DNA of 64,000 bases from Pseudogymnoascus verrucosus. Taxonomy: Eukaryota. Where the stretch lies: the NCBI GenBank assembly GCA_001662655.1, contig KV460232.1. The stretch is one strand, 5' to 3'. This document shows, piece by piece, positions 1 through 13,368 of the stretch. The first letter of the stretch is position 1, and the number at the start of each line of letters is the position of its first letter. Both the position numbers and the translations under genes were made by a program. Under the pieces are notes generated by a model that was given only the letters and a program-made list of their open reading frames with translations, did no database searches and was not told the origin of the DNA.

Positions 1-531
1 TGGGCCAGATATGTCGACTGGCTCCTCACGACTCCTTTGATACTTCTCAGCCTTGCACTCCTTGCTGGACTTAATGGCGCCGATATCCTTGTCACTCTCG
101 TGGCAGATGCCGCCATGATCCTCACCGGCCTTTTCGCAGCTCTCGGCGAGACTAAGGGGCAGCGTTGGGGGTTCTACACCATTGCGTGGCTGGCGTACCT
201 CATTGTGGTCTATCAACTTGTCGTTGGGGGCCGACGTAACGCATCCCGGAGAGGAACTGGAACCGCCAGGCTTTTCGGTGCCGTTGGAGGATTCATTCTT
301 ATCTTGTGGACAATCTACCCAATTATCTGGGCTCTCGGGGCTGGAAAGGGCAAATTGTCAGTTGACTGCGAGATCATTTGGTACGTTGTACTGGATGTGC
401 TGGCCAAGCCGGTATTTGCTATTTGGCTCTTGTCCACTCATGCTCGAACGGCTCCGACCATTGAGGGATTCTGGAGCCATGGCCTGAACAATGAGGGCGC
501 TCTGCGTCTTGATGATGACGAGGCTGCTTAA
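1..531 (+). CDS. Microbial (type I) rhodopsin/opsin, 3' part (5' end outside window)
   Basis: Frame from base 1 reads WARYVDWLLTTPLILLSL (helix C), WTIYPIIWAL (helix F) and LDVLAKPVF (helix G with the Schiff-base Lys); acidic C-terminal tail typical of fungal opsins. Confidence 0.92.
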   Translation, partial: WARYVDWLLTTPLILLSLALLAGLNGADILVTLVADAAMILTGLFAALGETKGQRWGFYTIAWLAYLIVVYQLVVGGRRNASRRGTGTARLFGAVGGFILILWTIYPIIWALGAGKGKLSVDCEIIWYVVLDVLAKPVFAIWLLSTHARTAPTIEGFWSHGLNNEGALRLDDDEAA

Positions 532-824
532 ATGGAATGCCTCGAGAAACAAAATATTAATAATTTGAAAATTATTGGCCGGCGGATAGGAGGTGGAGAT
601 GAGGAAGCATGAACGTTTGGCGCAGTTGCTTGGTTCTCTTTAGCAAACCACTGCCTCAAAGGGATTTTTTTTAACGAAAACTAGCAGTTTTATATGAACA
701 AATGCATATTTTTCTACTGGAACTTTTCATGATATACTGTGAATCGAATTTCATTCTCCAAACGCTAGTCTCCTGTCTGATGGTGCATATATTACCTTGG
801 CGTTTCGGCCAGGGAAGCATACTC

Positions 825-1610
825 CTAGTGGACCAAGGCAGGAATATTCATTCCACGGAGGAGGAATAGAGCTGCTGAGAAATCCGGTTCGACTTCCAAC
901 AAGTCGGGAAGGAATGGGTGATATAACATGTAGACCAGATGGTCCGGAACAATGATTGGCGAGTAGCTCTTTAAAATAAGTCTAGTCAGCCATTTGGACT
1001 CGCGAGCTGGCAGTCGCTGGTACAATCTGCCAAGTGACGCTGTCCGAGCACCGCACGTCCCATCAAGCGCCAATGGTCTCGCGGGTGGTGGTGAAAGGGG
1101 AGTCTGGCTAGCAAAGGATACCAACACTTGCTCGATATCTTCGATAGTAACTCCGCTTGCTCGTGACTGCACGGCAGTTTCCTGGGAGTCATAGTTAGCA
1201 ACAAGAATTGTAGTTGCAGTTCTTCGATTCTGGTAACTGACCTCTTTTACATCTTGATTCACCACCCGTTCTACACATGCACCTAAATCGCCCACTCCCG
1301 CTCCAGGCTCCCTCCAGCGCGACAGGTCAGTAACTCGTGAAGATGGCAGCGACAACGCCCGGCAAATTATTTTCTCCAAATTTTTGCTGTCCAACTCGTG
1401 CACTCTCTGGGTTCTCTCAGGGAACAGCGTCGATAGCAAAGCTAAGCCATTTGCATCGTGTCTGATCTTTTGCCCATGCTTCTTGAACCAATATAGAACA
1501 GCGTCCCGTGACTTCTGTGTAGCATCCTTTGGGAGATATGGTGGATATCGCGAATAAACCTGGTCTAACCGTTCAAGGAGATCGCAGATGTGCGCGAATC
1601 GAAAAGGCAT
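825..1610 (-). pseudogene. N-terminal portion of a fungal ATP-dependent DNA ligase-like protein, apparently truncated
   Basis: MPFRFAHICDLLERL, ALLSTLFPER, GDLGACVERV and ESKWLTRLILK resemble the N-terminal region of fungal ligase-like proteins (recognised from memory). In-frame 60-nt intron 1241-1182 (GTCAGT..GCTAAC..CAG). Stops at TAG 825 with no adenylation domain. Confidence 0.55.
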
Positions 1611-2122
1611 GAACGCAACTAGACATCTCAAACCTAAGGGCTCAAAATATGGGCCAAATAGAATGAGGTTACAGTATTCGCTCCAGTTGGTGGTGGGTTT
1701 AGTTCAACATTGCCGCAATAGTAATTTGGAACGGGAATGAATACTGGGGTTAAGAGATGACAAGTCAATGCGGTTGCAGTTTTCGCGAGGATAACGCGAG
1801 TGCACGTGACCATATGGCACTTTCTTCGAGTCAGTAGCGGCACCCTACTAATTTAACCTACGACATGGATCGGTGTTTACTCGTACGTACAGGGCTGCAT
1901 TTGGTAAGGAGGCCAGCCAAACATCAGACCGCCACTCAACAGTCTTTCCAATGACATATCCTCCGAAACGAAACACATTCGCTCTTTACAAAATATTACA
2001 CTGATTCGCATACACATACACACTCGTGCCTGGAAGCGCCACAACATGATATCTCATTGAACAAGCTACACTCATTAAGCCGTGACGACATCTCCCTCGC
2101 GGCGCCACCCCCCCGAGACACG

Positions 2123-3739
2123 ATGGATACGACGAAGCAACAGCAGGCTTCTAGCTCGAAGTTAGCTGCATCCCCTACGATACTGAGTGCGAACGATATG
2201 CCTCCCGCAATTCCGGAGGCCACACCAGCGCCAGGAGAGGAGTCGTCAATGTTGCCCCCTCCTGTACCTGAGCCGAGGAGCAGGCCACTATCATTAGTAT
2301 CAAAGAAGAACAATCGGTTATCAATTAGCTTTCCAGTGCAACCATCCGAGACAATGTCCCCTGGGAGACAGACACCAACTCAAAACTCCGCATTTCCATC
2401 ACCCCTCGTTGCCAATCAATCGGCATTACCGTCACCGCAAGATTCAGCAGGCTTTATGCAAGCTTTAGCTGGACAAGAGCGAAAGGTCTTCGAGCTTCGA
2501 GAAGAACTGAACCGGGCGGAAGTGGAGCTTAAGAAGCTTAAAACACAATGGGCAATTCACGAAGCAGATAAGAAGAGGGCAGAAATTAGACTGGTGCGGA
2601 GGCTGGAGCCGATGCAACTAGAGGACACAATCCAGGGCCAAGCCACTCCATTAGGCGATGAAGATATTGCTAGAAGGAGTGCTGAACTTGATCGCCGAAA
2701 GGCAATTCTTGCGGCAAACGTCACCAAAGTGTCGCGGAGGAAAATAATCACGGGTGGCCATACTCGTGCGCTATCGTTATTATCTCCAGACAGGTCTCCG
2801 AATGGACAGTACCCAAGTTTCGATACCGTGGAGAGGAGTAGGGATAGTTTTGACGTTGGCCCCGGTCTTCCTGCGATACCCAGGAAGTTGACGATGCCGG
2901 ATACCAGCCAAGGCCTTTCTAGGGTCACTTCAGATAGAGCAAGGCATTCTTACCAGGGCAGTACGACTATTGGCGTTAAGCAAATTGCGGAGGATCTAAA
3001 GGCAGGTTTATGGACGTTTATGGAGGACTTGAGACAGGCAACTGTCGGCGAAGATGCCCTCGAGCGATCTCCCATAGGTGATGCAGAGGATCCTAGAACA
3101 GTCGCAGGTACCGGGGGAACGAAAAAGGCCAACCATGGTCTGATAACAAAGAAGTCCACCAGCAGAGACCGTGGGACAGCCTCAACATCGAAGTCAGTTC
3201 CAGTATCGAGGGCAAAGAATACTGGCCAGCAGTCACTATTACAGACGCAACCTGCCCAGCCGTCGACTCCGCCGCCGAATAAAACGACCATGTCTACCTC
3301 GACAGTCGACGATGATTGGTCAAATTGGGACTCCCCTTCTTCAAAGGACGCTTCACCTCGGTGGAGCAATAGTACCATGCCATCGTCGGATGACGCTAGC
3401 GAGGCAGGGAAACCATGGTGAGAAGAACTTAAACGCTCCAACGACCTATTGTGAGATTTTTACTTACATGTTTCAAGCGCCGAGTCTAGTGAGCTAAAAC
3501 AATCTCTGATAACCGACACGCCTCCTGTGGAAGAAGAATCTCCGTGGGCGGCATTTAATAATTTTACTCCTGTGAATTTGAAGCGCACAGCATCGAATTT
3601 TATTAGAGAGTTTGAAAATAGTCTTACGCCTCCGCCACAGTCACCAAGCAACGGCCGTGATAACTCCGAGATGCAGTTGTCGAAGGACAAAATCATCTCT
3701 GACAACGAGGCACGACTCCTACTGAACAACCTGCCTTAA
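2123..3739 (+). CDS. Conserved fungal coiled-coil protein, DUF4048-like
   Basis: Long ORF with coiled coil (QERKVFELREELNRAEVELKKLKTQW) and motif DLKAGLWTFMEDLRQATVG. Intron 3418-3477 joins in frame to the 3527-3739 ORF. Confidence 0.75.
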
Positions 3740-4394
3740 ATGGCTAGATGTATATAATGCGCTTTACGAACTTATTGATGCTGGATGCGGACGCTTATTG
3801 ACGCTGGGTCTGTACGATTACTGATACTGGATATCGACGATTTTTGATGGTAGAAGCTTATTTAGATTCTATACTCGTGCTTCTTAAATCTCTTGAAGAG
3901 TGGCAGTGCGTACGAGAATATCAATTTTGGATATAGATCCGTTTGTTCTATGTTGGTGTCATATGTTATGAACCCCTACATGCATTGCAGAGGTGCTATC
4001 AGCGCTCCCACAAATACCCTTCTACACTTCTCACAGCCACAAGCACTGTAGTTCATCCCCTTTATGCTTTGCCACTCGAGCCGGAGAAGGCAACAAAATT
4101 AGTTGATTTTCACGTGCTCATTTAAAACCCTCTGATTCTCGAATAATTATATCTTCAAATAAGAAGCCATAATCAATACCATAGATATATATATTATACG
4201 TTATCAAGTTCATCAAAGTGAAGAGTTAAGTTGGGAGTGAGTGGAGAGTTCAGCCATGTCCCGAGGTGGCCCAGAAAAGCTTAGCTAAGCGGAGTTATAT
4301 GGCAGAATTTATATTTCTTATGCCAACCTGGAGGGACACCAGTACGACCGCAACACTCAAAGGCCAGCCACAGCGCCGACATCCAGATATCGAA

Positions 4395-5091
4395 ATGAAC
4401 GGGCCTATGTTTGGCGGGTTTGGTGGCGGTGGCCAGCAGATTAATGGAGGTGATGCGGACGCTATGGCTGCGGTGAAAAATGTTGGTCCAACCCCAGATA
4501 CAGATCCCTAAAACGGGACCGACCGGACAGGGAGATGCGCAATGCCAGTTGGCGCCTTATCACTTGTTACTGACTTTGATAGATGCAAATGATTATGGAG
4601 TCGTGTCCTGCAAAGACCGTTTTGTCTGGAACGATGGGATTTGCTTTGGGTGGCGCGTTCGGTCTCTTCATGGCATCTGTAAGTTGACCAACCCCTCGGA
4701 TGATAGCCGCGCATTCGATCCACCACTCATATCAGTTTCTAACTTGCTGCTACAGATGTCGTACGATACTCCTCTGACCCCAGAAGGCCGAGCCATGGGC
4801 AACCTTCCCCTTAAAGAACAGCTACGAAAGGGATTCAAGGACATGGGCCAGCGCTCTCTTTCGTCCGCGAAGAACTTCGGCAAAGTCGGCGCCATTTTCG
4901 CTGGCACGGAGTGCTGTATAGAAGGTTATAGGGCAAAGAATGTCCTCTCGAATGGTATTATCGCTGGGTGCATTACTGGAGGCGTGCTTGCTGCGCCGGC
5001 TGGTCCGCAGGCGGCTGCTCTTGGATGTGGCGGCTTTGCGCTATTCAGTGCGGCCATCGATTCCTATATGAGGCAACCGAAAGAGGACTGA
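4395..5091 (+). CDS. TIM22: Mitochondrial inner membrane translocase subunit Tim22
   Basis: Spliced reading [28 protein letters not shown]...[27 protein letters not shown]; two introns (~4482-4582, ~4679-4756). Confidence 0.93.
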
Positions 5092-5609
5092 TTGTGGAAG
5101 TTGCGGTATCATGGGTTAGGGGGGATATGTTCCAGTGGCGTTAATGGAGAAACTCTCCGGTCCGGTTGTAAGATTATGTATGTGTATGGCTTGTACAAAG
5201 AGGTGGAAATGGAATATGCATGAGCGGCATGGCGTTTGGAAAGCGGACTTTATAGACTTGGAAGATATCAAGTCTTTGATAGTTGGCTGCTATGGAATGA
5301 ATTCACAGCAATTCTCGGCGAGAGCTACTGAAGGGTAATGTTGTATTACATGTAAATACATACACGAATTATATTTGATTCAAGACATCAAGCCTTTGGG
5401 ATGTATTTCTATATATTACGTGGACCACGACAGTGGCACTTTCGTATTTTGTACACCAGGGAGACCCCGCGCTCCTTCCGCTAACCCTCTCTCCATGCCA
5501 TAATGCTACATGCCTTCGAATCCAAATGGCGCCTCCCATTGTAATATTAGCTGCTGGAAAAAACCGTAATCTCCTTTCCCAATTTGAATCCCACAAAGTT
5601 CCCCAATGC

Positions 5610-7457
5610 TCATGCTTCATCGTCATCGTCCATCCTCGCGCGCTTTGACGCCCGTGGCTCGTCAGCTTGGATACCGTATCTCTTTCCACTTCCGCCCTTC
5701 TCCACCTCTGAAATCAGCTCCGCGACGTTGAAAGGGTCTTCGCCGGTATCTTTCTCGAACTGAACAGGTCCTTCACGTTCCTGCAGAATATTGTTAGTCA
5801 CATTGTTCAATTTGTGCTGGGATATATGATCGCTTACCTCCGCATCCTCTGCACCCTTGAAGCCACCGCGGCCAAGCACTTCAAAGCGACTGGATTTTTG
5901 TATCCTCGACATCTCGTTACCTGCAGCTTCTTCATCCTCCCCATCATCCATGTTTTGCCGCGGCCTGTATATGCTGCTAATGGCGTCTTGTGCTGCGAAT
6001 AACGGCTTGTCATATGCCTGATCTTCGTTGAACCCGGTATCAAATCCACTCGTCTGGTTGAAGAGCCTAGAGTCCCACATGCTTTCTGTTGACTGAGTAG
6101 GTTTGGCAAGACCGAGTGCCACCTTTTCGGATATGTCACGGTTTTGCTCCCTTGCCATCATCTGGACACGCCTTTCTGCTCCCATTCTTGACTGCCTGAG
6201 TTTACGTTCTTCCTCCCGATGCCTCTCCTGCCGTGCCTTCTCACGCTCCCGTACCTCCTGATCCTCGTCACTACCGGAGTAATCCGATTCCGAGCCCGAA
6301 TAGCTTCTAGACCTTGATCTCGAGTCGCGTGACCCTCTTCGGCCAGCCCCGGCATTTGTTCGCTCTTCGCGCGCCTTCTGTGCAAGCATGCGAAGGTGGT
6401 CCTCCTTTTGCTCCTTCTCCTTCTCTGCCAGCCTCTGTTGCATAATTGCGCGCTGCTTGACTTCTTCTCTTGCATGTCGATCAGCCGTGAACAAAGCTTC
6501 GGCAAATTGCGCAAACTTGTCGTTGATCGTCACGTCTTGTAGGCCGCGCCCATCTGCTGCCAGGCGCTTATCCAGCGGAACAGTATAACCCTTTGGATTC
6601 TTCCAGTTAGATACCGGAGGAGGGATCTTCCAGGCCTCTTGGTCCTCTGCTGTCAATTTTCGGGGTGGCGAATGCATAACAGGAGGTGGTGGACTGGGTG
6701 GGCCTCTTGGGATCTTCTTGTGCTTAAACTTCGGTGGCTCCATCGGATCTTGTTGGCGCTCCACGATTTTCATTATGCGGTCATTCTTCCTTGTATTATC
6801 GCCCATCTGGTTCGCTGGTGTATACCGCACATATGTCGGGTCCTTCCTCGCCCCTACATTAACGTTCTTGGGTTTTTGTGCAGCGACCGCACCGCTGACT
6901 AGTACTGCCAGGGCATTCTTCGTCTTTTCTGTCGAGGCCGCCACTTCTTCTTCGCTCGGGCGACTTAGGTTTATGTCTCCAGCATCAGCGCGCTGTCGCA
7001 GAGGAATCAGGTCCTTAAAGGAAGCGTGAACGATTCGGTTGTCGCTGTGACCACGGCGGGCAATAGCATCGTATTTCACTTTCCCTTCGGCGTCTACCTG
7101 GACAGCAAGTGCGTTGCTGGTTGCTTGCCCCTTCCTGCCCATGTCCATCGGATATTGTGCTACTGGGATTTCAGGAAAGGCTCCCCCATCGCCGAAGTCG
7201 TCTGCGCCTCGAGGCCGCCATCCTGCTCTCCGTCCATAGGGTGGTGGACCGGATTTCTGCGCGGTCAAGTCAGAACGATTATACCGGAGCATACTGGATT
7301 GGGTTGTTACCTTTAATACTATCTGGGATTCGTTCAAAGCCTCAGCACCAACGATGCGCGGACCTCGTTGCTGGGCGTGCTGTGATATCGTCTCTTCTTC
7401 GCCAGTATATTTGGGGAGAGGCAAAGCCTTAAATAACGAGGATGATAAGGACGCCAT
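5610..7457 (-). CDS. PRP45: Pre-mRNA splicing factor Prp45/SKIP (SNW domain)
   Basis: DFGDGGAFPEIPVAQYP, DPMEPPKFKHKK, PPVSNWKNPKGYTVPLDKRLAADGRGL; small in-frame intron near 5782-5838. Confidence 0.96.
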   Translation of the reverse strand: MASLSSSLFKALPLPKYTGEEETISQHAQQRGPRIVGAEALNESQIVLKVTTQSSMLRYNRSDLTAQKSGPPPYGRRAGWRPRGADDFGDGGAFPEIPVAQYPMDMGRKGQATSNALAVQVDAEGKVKYDAIARRGHSDNRIVHASFKDLIPLRQRADAGDINLSRPSEEEVAASTEKTKNALAVLVSGAVAAQKPKNVNVGARKDPTYVRYTPANQMGDNTRKNDRIMKIVERQQDPMEPPKFKHKKIPRGPPSPPPPVMHSPPRKLTAEDQEAWKIPPPVSNWKNPKGYTVPLDKRLAADGRGLQDVTINDKFAQFAEALFTADRHAREEVKQRAIMQQRLAEKEKEQKEDHLRMLAQKAREERTNAGAGRRGSRDSRSRSRSYSGSESDYSGSDEDQEVREREKARQERHREEERKLRQSRMGAERRVQMMAREQNRDISEKVALGLAKPTQSTESMWDSRLFNQTSGFDTGFNEDQAYDKPLFAAQDAISSIYRPRQNMDDGEDEEAAGNEMSRIQKSSRFEVLGRGGFKGAEDAEVSDHISQHKLNNVTNNILQEREGPVQFEKDTGEDPFNVAELISEVEKGGSGKRYGIQADEPRASKRARMDDDDEA

Positions 7458-7932
7458 CGCGCGTTGCTGCAATGTCGGGCAGGTGAGTTTACTTTTGAGA
7501 TTCTGGAATCATGGCCAAGTAAAGAGGATGGATTATGCTGCCATGGGGCGAGCTAAGCTAAACTGGTATTAGCGTGTGCGATAAGCGCGTCGCGCTACAA
7601 ACTGCCACGGTACAACAAGATATGTGAACCTATAGCCGCCGCAGGATAACTTCCCATTTCCAGGGTGAGCAAGAAATATCGACGACTCATCAGGCCGTGT
7701 CACGATTAACGTGAAAGTGGTTAATTGTGCTTAGGAGTCAGAACCCAGGAAACGCGCTTCAGTTGGGGTCATGTGATTTTATATTGTACTCTACTAAGGT
7801 TGCCACGGTCTCCAAAAACAATGTGCTCCTTCGTGCCAGGCATGCTTGCCCTCCCTGTTCGTTCCAATCGTGTTGCCACATAAAAGTCCAGGAATCCCGT
7901 AACGCCATGCAGTTAACTCTCCCAACATCTCT

Positions 7933-8742
7933 TCATACATAGCCCTTTCTGGCGCCCTGGGGTGACAGCATGAGCTTCTTGACTGACTGGTAGTCCACCG
8001 TGGAGCTTACCTGGAAAAAGAAGCGAACGATGAAAACTTGCAACGCAGCCATGGCAATCATCATCAAGCTTTCTATTATGCTGAGGTTGAAGATCCTCCG
8101 CTCTGTGCTCCTGACGGTGCTGAAGTTACGGTTCTCGCGCGTGCGGAAGTATTTCTGGTTGCGGGTGATTGTTGAGAGCTGGCCGGAGAGCTTGAAGATG
8201 GACTCCTCCAGGGCGGAGGTTTGCTCGGGCGAAGTGCCTTGCTTGGAGGGCAAGCTCGTGCGCTCTTCATTCTCGACCTGGAGGGGTATACAGTCAGCGG
8301 TTGGTTTAGGAGCAATTCGTCGCACGTGTCCAACTCACAGTTATCTCGAAATCCACAAACTTCTCGGCGAAGGTGCTCATCTCATTGTTGAAACAGAACC
8401 TGTACTCTCCAACCTCAGTAGCCGTGAAGACGAAGTCTCCCTGTCGCTCCTTCTGGCCGTCCATCATGATCTTCTCGTTAGGGCCGACAACCTCATAATC
8501 GACATCGAATGAGCCTCCTGCTTGGACCTGGGCGCAATTGAATGTTAGCAACTCGTAGATGCAGTAACAACCAATGTAACAGTTCTTACAGCAAAGTAAA
8601 ACGCAATCTTGGCGCCCGAATGCTCAACGGAGCTGAAAAAACAGGCCTTCTCGTTGGCGTTCAACTTATATGTGAGGGCGGTCGCAGAGACGATGGGCGT
8701 TAACGACGCCAGGACGCCGCAGGCCCATACCAAAAGTCTCAT
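7933..8742 (-). CDS. p24/EMP24-GP25L family GOLD-domain cargo receptor (gamma/Erp-type)
   Basis: Signal peptide, LTYKLNANEKACFF, GEYRFCFNNEMSTF, YFRTRENRNFSTVRSTE, C-terminal TM helix and FF...GARKGYV tail; three introns. Confidence 0.92.
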
Positions 8743-9198
8743 GGTGTTATTGTTGAGTTTCCTCGCCTGAAGTTTGTGGGAGGAGTTTGGTTTGCTGTTC
8801 AGAGAGCTCTAATGTCAAGAGTCGCGAGATGGTCGATGGTGATGACAGAATGCCCCTTGGCTAAAGTGGATGCGCCAGGCACGGAAGTTGCCGCCACACA
8901 AGATAATAACCGTACTGTACATACAATCACTTTGGAAAATGAACAACCACAGAACATTCCCAAGTGTCTTCAAACTATGCACATTGTTGTTACTACTATG
9001 GTTTGTTGTTGTACAGTTTGTATAAATCCATCGAACTGTTTTAACCGCTGCGCTGCGCCATGCAGTTTTCTACCACTTCCCCTTAAAGCTCCTATGAATA
9101 GTTTACCACAACCCATCGTGTGCCAATCCCAATATCTTTATTTCCAGTCATGACAGGCGTGACAAATCATCGCATAGCTCTTTCAGAGTCTCATAAAC

Positions 9199-12100
9199 CT
9201 ACTTGAGGAACAGATCAACTGCGCCATTGCGTGCTAATCTCGTCCGGTCAACATGGTCAAGGCCAAGAAGGTCGTCATCGTTAGTAGCAACGTCCCATAA
9301 TATATCATCTGATGACAAGTTAGTCTATTGCACAAGAAGAGTAGGACAGGAGTAGTTGTACCATCTTCTAGGTATGTTGGCTTTGAATAAGAGCTACGCT
9401 TAACAACGGCAAATTTGATCTTGTCAAAATTCTTGCCTTTGATGCCTGTCCGCTTCTCGAGGCGTTTCCTGGTCTCAGAAAATTTCTCATCCTTCGACTC
9501 GTTAGTAAAGTATACCAGCAAATAGGGGGACTTTCTATTTTGACTTACACGCTGAATAGAGAATTTGAAAGGGAATCCATGGGGTTTGTTAGGTTCGCCT
9601 TGGAAATGGAAGGCTTGGATAAAATGGCCAGGATCAACATTGACGTCCTCTTCAGGAATGCGCTCCGCAACAAGTGTGATGTATTCGGAGATGCTCGCAA
9701 CGCTGTATTCAGGACTCATCTCCTTATACACCTTATTGTTGTGGATCCCATAGACTCGGATGGGACCTGCAGTCTCCTCGTCATCTAACTTGGCCTTCTT
9801 GATGAGGCCTGATATGAGATCGGTGACATTTCCGCTCTTGGGGACAAGTACATCAAAAGTTTCCTATAACATTGATTAACTGGCTGTAATCAGGCACAAA
9901 CAAGGGATACTCACGTCTTTTGTTATCCCTTCGCTGAGCCATATTATCCTGAGGCTTTTCTTGGTGTCAAGCTCAGACAGACTCATTTCAAGAACTTCGA
10001 AATATAGCTCATCCACTCTCTGGTTGTTATTTCCAAACGTTGTATACGGCGGAGTGAGAATAGTGTGTAGAGTATGGTTCAAGCTTCGCTTTATTGGTGC
10101 TTTTGGTGCTCCGGTTGTGGCATTGACCGTATGGAACCGCAGGTGGGTAGGGTCGACGTTGATCTTCTCGCCTACCTTTGCCGCAATTTGGTCATACGAG
10201 TATTTCGAGCTCAGCTCAATGTCCAGGACCTCTTGCCTGTCGACAGCTGTTTTAGAATATGGTAGGAAGTGAACTATTTTTCTGTACAAAAGATAATCAT
10301 AGAACTGCTGCGCATCCTCGATCAAATCTGACGGACGAGGTGCAGAGGGATGTGAAGGTGAGCGGTTAGCATTACTTAAGAAGTCGACACTGGATGAGAG
10401 GCTAGTGAGACTCCTGTTATTTTTGGCACTGCATAACATTAGCTACATCACTTCAACGAATAGCAGAGTATAAACTCACTCTTTTTCAAGCTCGTGGGCA
10501 GCTTTGGCGCCCAACGCTTTTTGGAAGCAAATAATATCCCCATCTTGCAATTCCGCTGCTTTCAGGGTTTGCTTTCCCTTCATGGGGTCGATCATTTGTG
10601 GCTTGATCTCCTGTAACAATCGTTAGAAAATACGGCAAACAGACATGAAGAGGAAACGTACCTCGTAGAGTTTGAGCTGGGTTCGATCGCCACTTGGTAA
10701 TTTATCCGGCCATCCCATTTTGTGGAGAATTAACGGGACAAGATCTTCAACCTTGCGCTCTTTGCCAATGTAAACATGGCCAATGCACCTCAGGGCCTGG
10801 CTGTCAATGTCAAACCATTTCAAGAAAAGCAGTATGCTGTCACTCTTTTGCGAGCCATTGGCCTGCGGACTGGGAAGTCCAGGCCAAATTGGTTCGCCAG
10901 CCGCGTCAACTTCTTCAGCTTCTTCTGCCCATAACCTGATTTCTTGTGTCTTTGTCCCAGATAGCTTTTGGTGTGCCTGTTCAACTGTTTGGTTGACATC
11001 GGTAATTGGCTGGTCTGGCCTAACAGTCTTGTTCTGTCTGTTGACCATGAACCAGAATCGAATCCGACGCGGATCTTGACCGATATCTGCACCAACCCGG
11101 GTTGCCAGATCTTTAATGGTTGAGCTCCTCAGAACGCGGAAGCTCTTCGCACAACCCGGTTCCCTTTCATTGACATCGAACGTCGTGAGATCTGTGCTAG
11201 AATGTTCTTTGAAAGTTCGATCAGTCATCACCCGTGCATTTAGATACAAGTGCTGCTCTTCTCGCTCCTTTCGCCGAGCTTCCCTCAGAGCATTTTCTTC
11301 GTCTAACTTCTTTTCTTTATGGATGTCAGCTAAAGCTCATTTTTATATTGGCCAAACTTACGGAGATGTTCAGGGGTGTCCTCTTTCGTGACCGGCAACA
11401 AAACTTGATCCAACCGGGAGCGGCGGATGTAGACAAGCATGTATGCACTGTTCTGTCGAATTACTGGAGGCTTTTGGAAGGCTGGCTTTACTTGACCATT
11501 CACATAGTCGACTTCGCCGCCAAAGTTGTCTTCTAGCACCTCTCGCATGGTCGCTCTTATTACCTTGTCGTCGTCACATCTGTAGAAGCATCCATCCTTG
11601 GTTGGCTTGATAAATGCATAATAGTGGCCAGCATTCAGATCTCCGCTGTGAACCAAGACACTGTGGAGTTGGTATATATATGGCTCAGATTTATCAGCAT
11701 CTTCTGCCAAGTAGGGTGATGCGTCGAATGTCTCTGGGAACTCGTAACGGTCGTTTGTCTTCATCGTCGCATCCCGTTCCATGTCATACTCAAAGCGCTT
11801 CAGTTGTAAATGTAGGACTTCCGGGAAGCTTTGGAAGATAACCCCTTTGTTGGCATCCTGTAATTTGAACACCTCCCCTGCGAAATATTGATTCTCGCCG
11901 TCCATCTTTTCAACCCCGATGTAGTCTTTGAAACTTTCCTCAATGTCTTTATTTCCAATGACATTCAATTGGATATCCCAGAAGTCTTCCACGCGGCTGG
12001 ATTCGTAGTCGACGTTAATGCATGAAATGTATGTCTTCACTTTCATGCAAAAGAGCCTTGGAAGAACATTCTCGGCTTCGGTGCCCTTCATCTTCTCCTC

Positions 12101-13368
12101 CATTCGCTCCATAAGTTTGCGTGAAAGCTCCTGGACATCCTGCTGCTCGAAAATATGCCTGGTCTCCCACCCGAACGACTTGGTTAATTCGTTCGTGCTG
12201 ACGGCAGTAGGCGACGTTTGCAGTTGGTAAAAAAGGCGTTGAAGGGTATAAGCACTGTTAGCAAGATTCTCTTCGTCCTCTGTCGGTATTTGATACACCG
12301 CCTAAGAAAGTTAGCTTGTCATAGTTGTCCCCGCGAATAAACATTCTAACCTTTCGGAATGCGTTGGTAAAGTATAGAGACTGGAGTAACGAGTTCAAGT
12401 AACACGTGGCTCCTTGATTTTTCAATCCGACGTAGCCAGTTTCCTTCTTGGAGTCGTAGTTGTTGAATGTGTGCCATAGAACTCCAGTCTCGTCCTTCAC
12501 CACGCGGACATATGCCGTCATGTTTGCCGCTTCATTTTCGACCAGGGGCCTGCCAGATGAGTCCCACTCAACATTGAAGAGCTTTCGCAGCTCTACAAAT
12601 CTTGTGAACCCCCAGTCTCCTTCTTCCTTTGTGAAGCGGTGATGAGCCGTATGGGATGTGTACAGCGAAGGGTCGTTCGGATTCCACAGAACCAAACTGA
12701 ACTGTGCACAGCAGTACCAGTCATCAGGCACTTTACCTTCCTCGAACCCTTGTTCCAGATAAAACGAGCAATGTTCAACATTGTTTCCAGAAGGAAACAT
12801 AAGAACGCGCCTATCAAACGTCAGCATCTGGACGACATATTGGTCGGCAACTGGGCGCACCATGGGTTGCCCCCAGCCTCAAAAACAGGGCCATGTTCTT
12901 TCCTCCCAAGTTCCGTCCACCGCTCTATATTCCAGGTATGTACAGCATCCGCCAAAATTTCGGGATCTTCAATTAAGCGTGGCAGAACCACGGCCTTCAT
13001 CGCCTCATCTGAAGAGAATAGTTCAGTATCGCCACCCAATTTCTTTGGGAGTATTGAAGACATACAGTTATCAGCCGTTGGCAAAGCAGCAGTCTGCTCT
13101 CCGTCCTCGTCTGTGTTTATTATGGCGACATCGTCCGGCTCGCCCTCCTGAGGCTCAACAACGTATTCGTCGCCGTCCACTTGCATGCCAGTTGGAGACA
13201 GAGTCTCTCCATCGAGTGCCTGATCGCGGTCGCAAGAGTAAGCTATTGAACATTCTGAAGACGATGACATGTCGCCTCGCACATTCAAGGGCAGATATGG
13301 AGTGGTAGGTGGGGTTGAAGTAGGGTGAGAGTGAAGTAAGAATAATGTTTGTACAGTACCTGGTTCAT
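9199..13368 (-). CDS. UBP15: Ubiquitin C-terminal hydrolase USP7/Ubp15 (MATH + USP + UBL domains)
   Basis: MATH domain ([16 protein letters not shown]), Cys box [16 protein letters not shown], His box [15 protein letters not shown]; multi-exon; start and end approximate. Confidence 0.94.

Noticed and set aside
735..827. TAG of the ligase-like gene as an A-to-I-editable premature stop
   Set aside because: Reading through adds only a few codons, and no catalytic domain follows.
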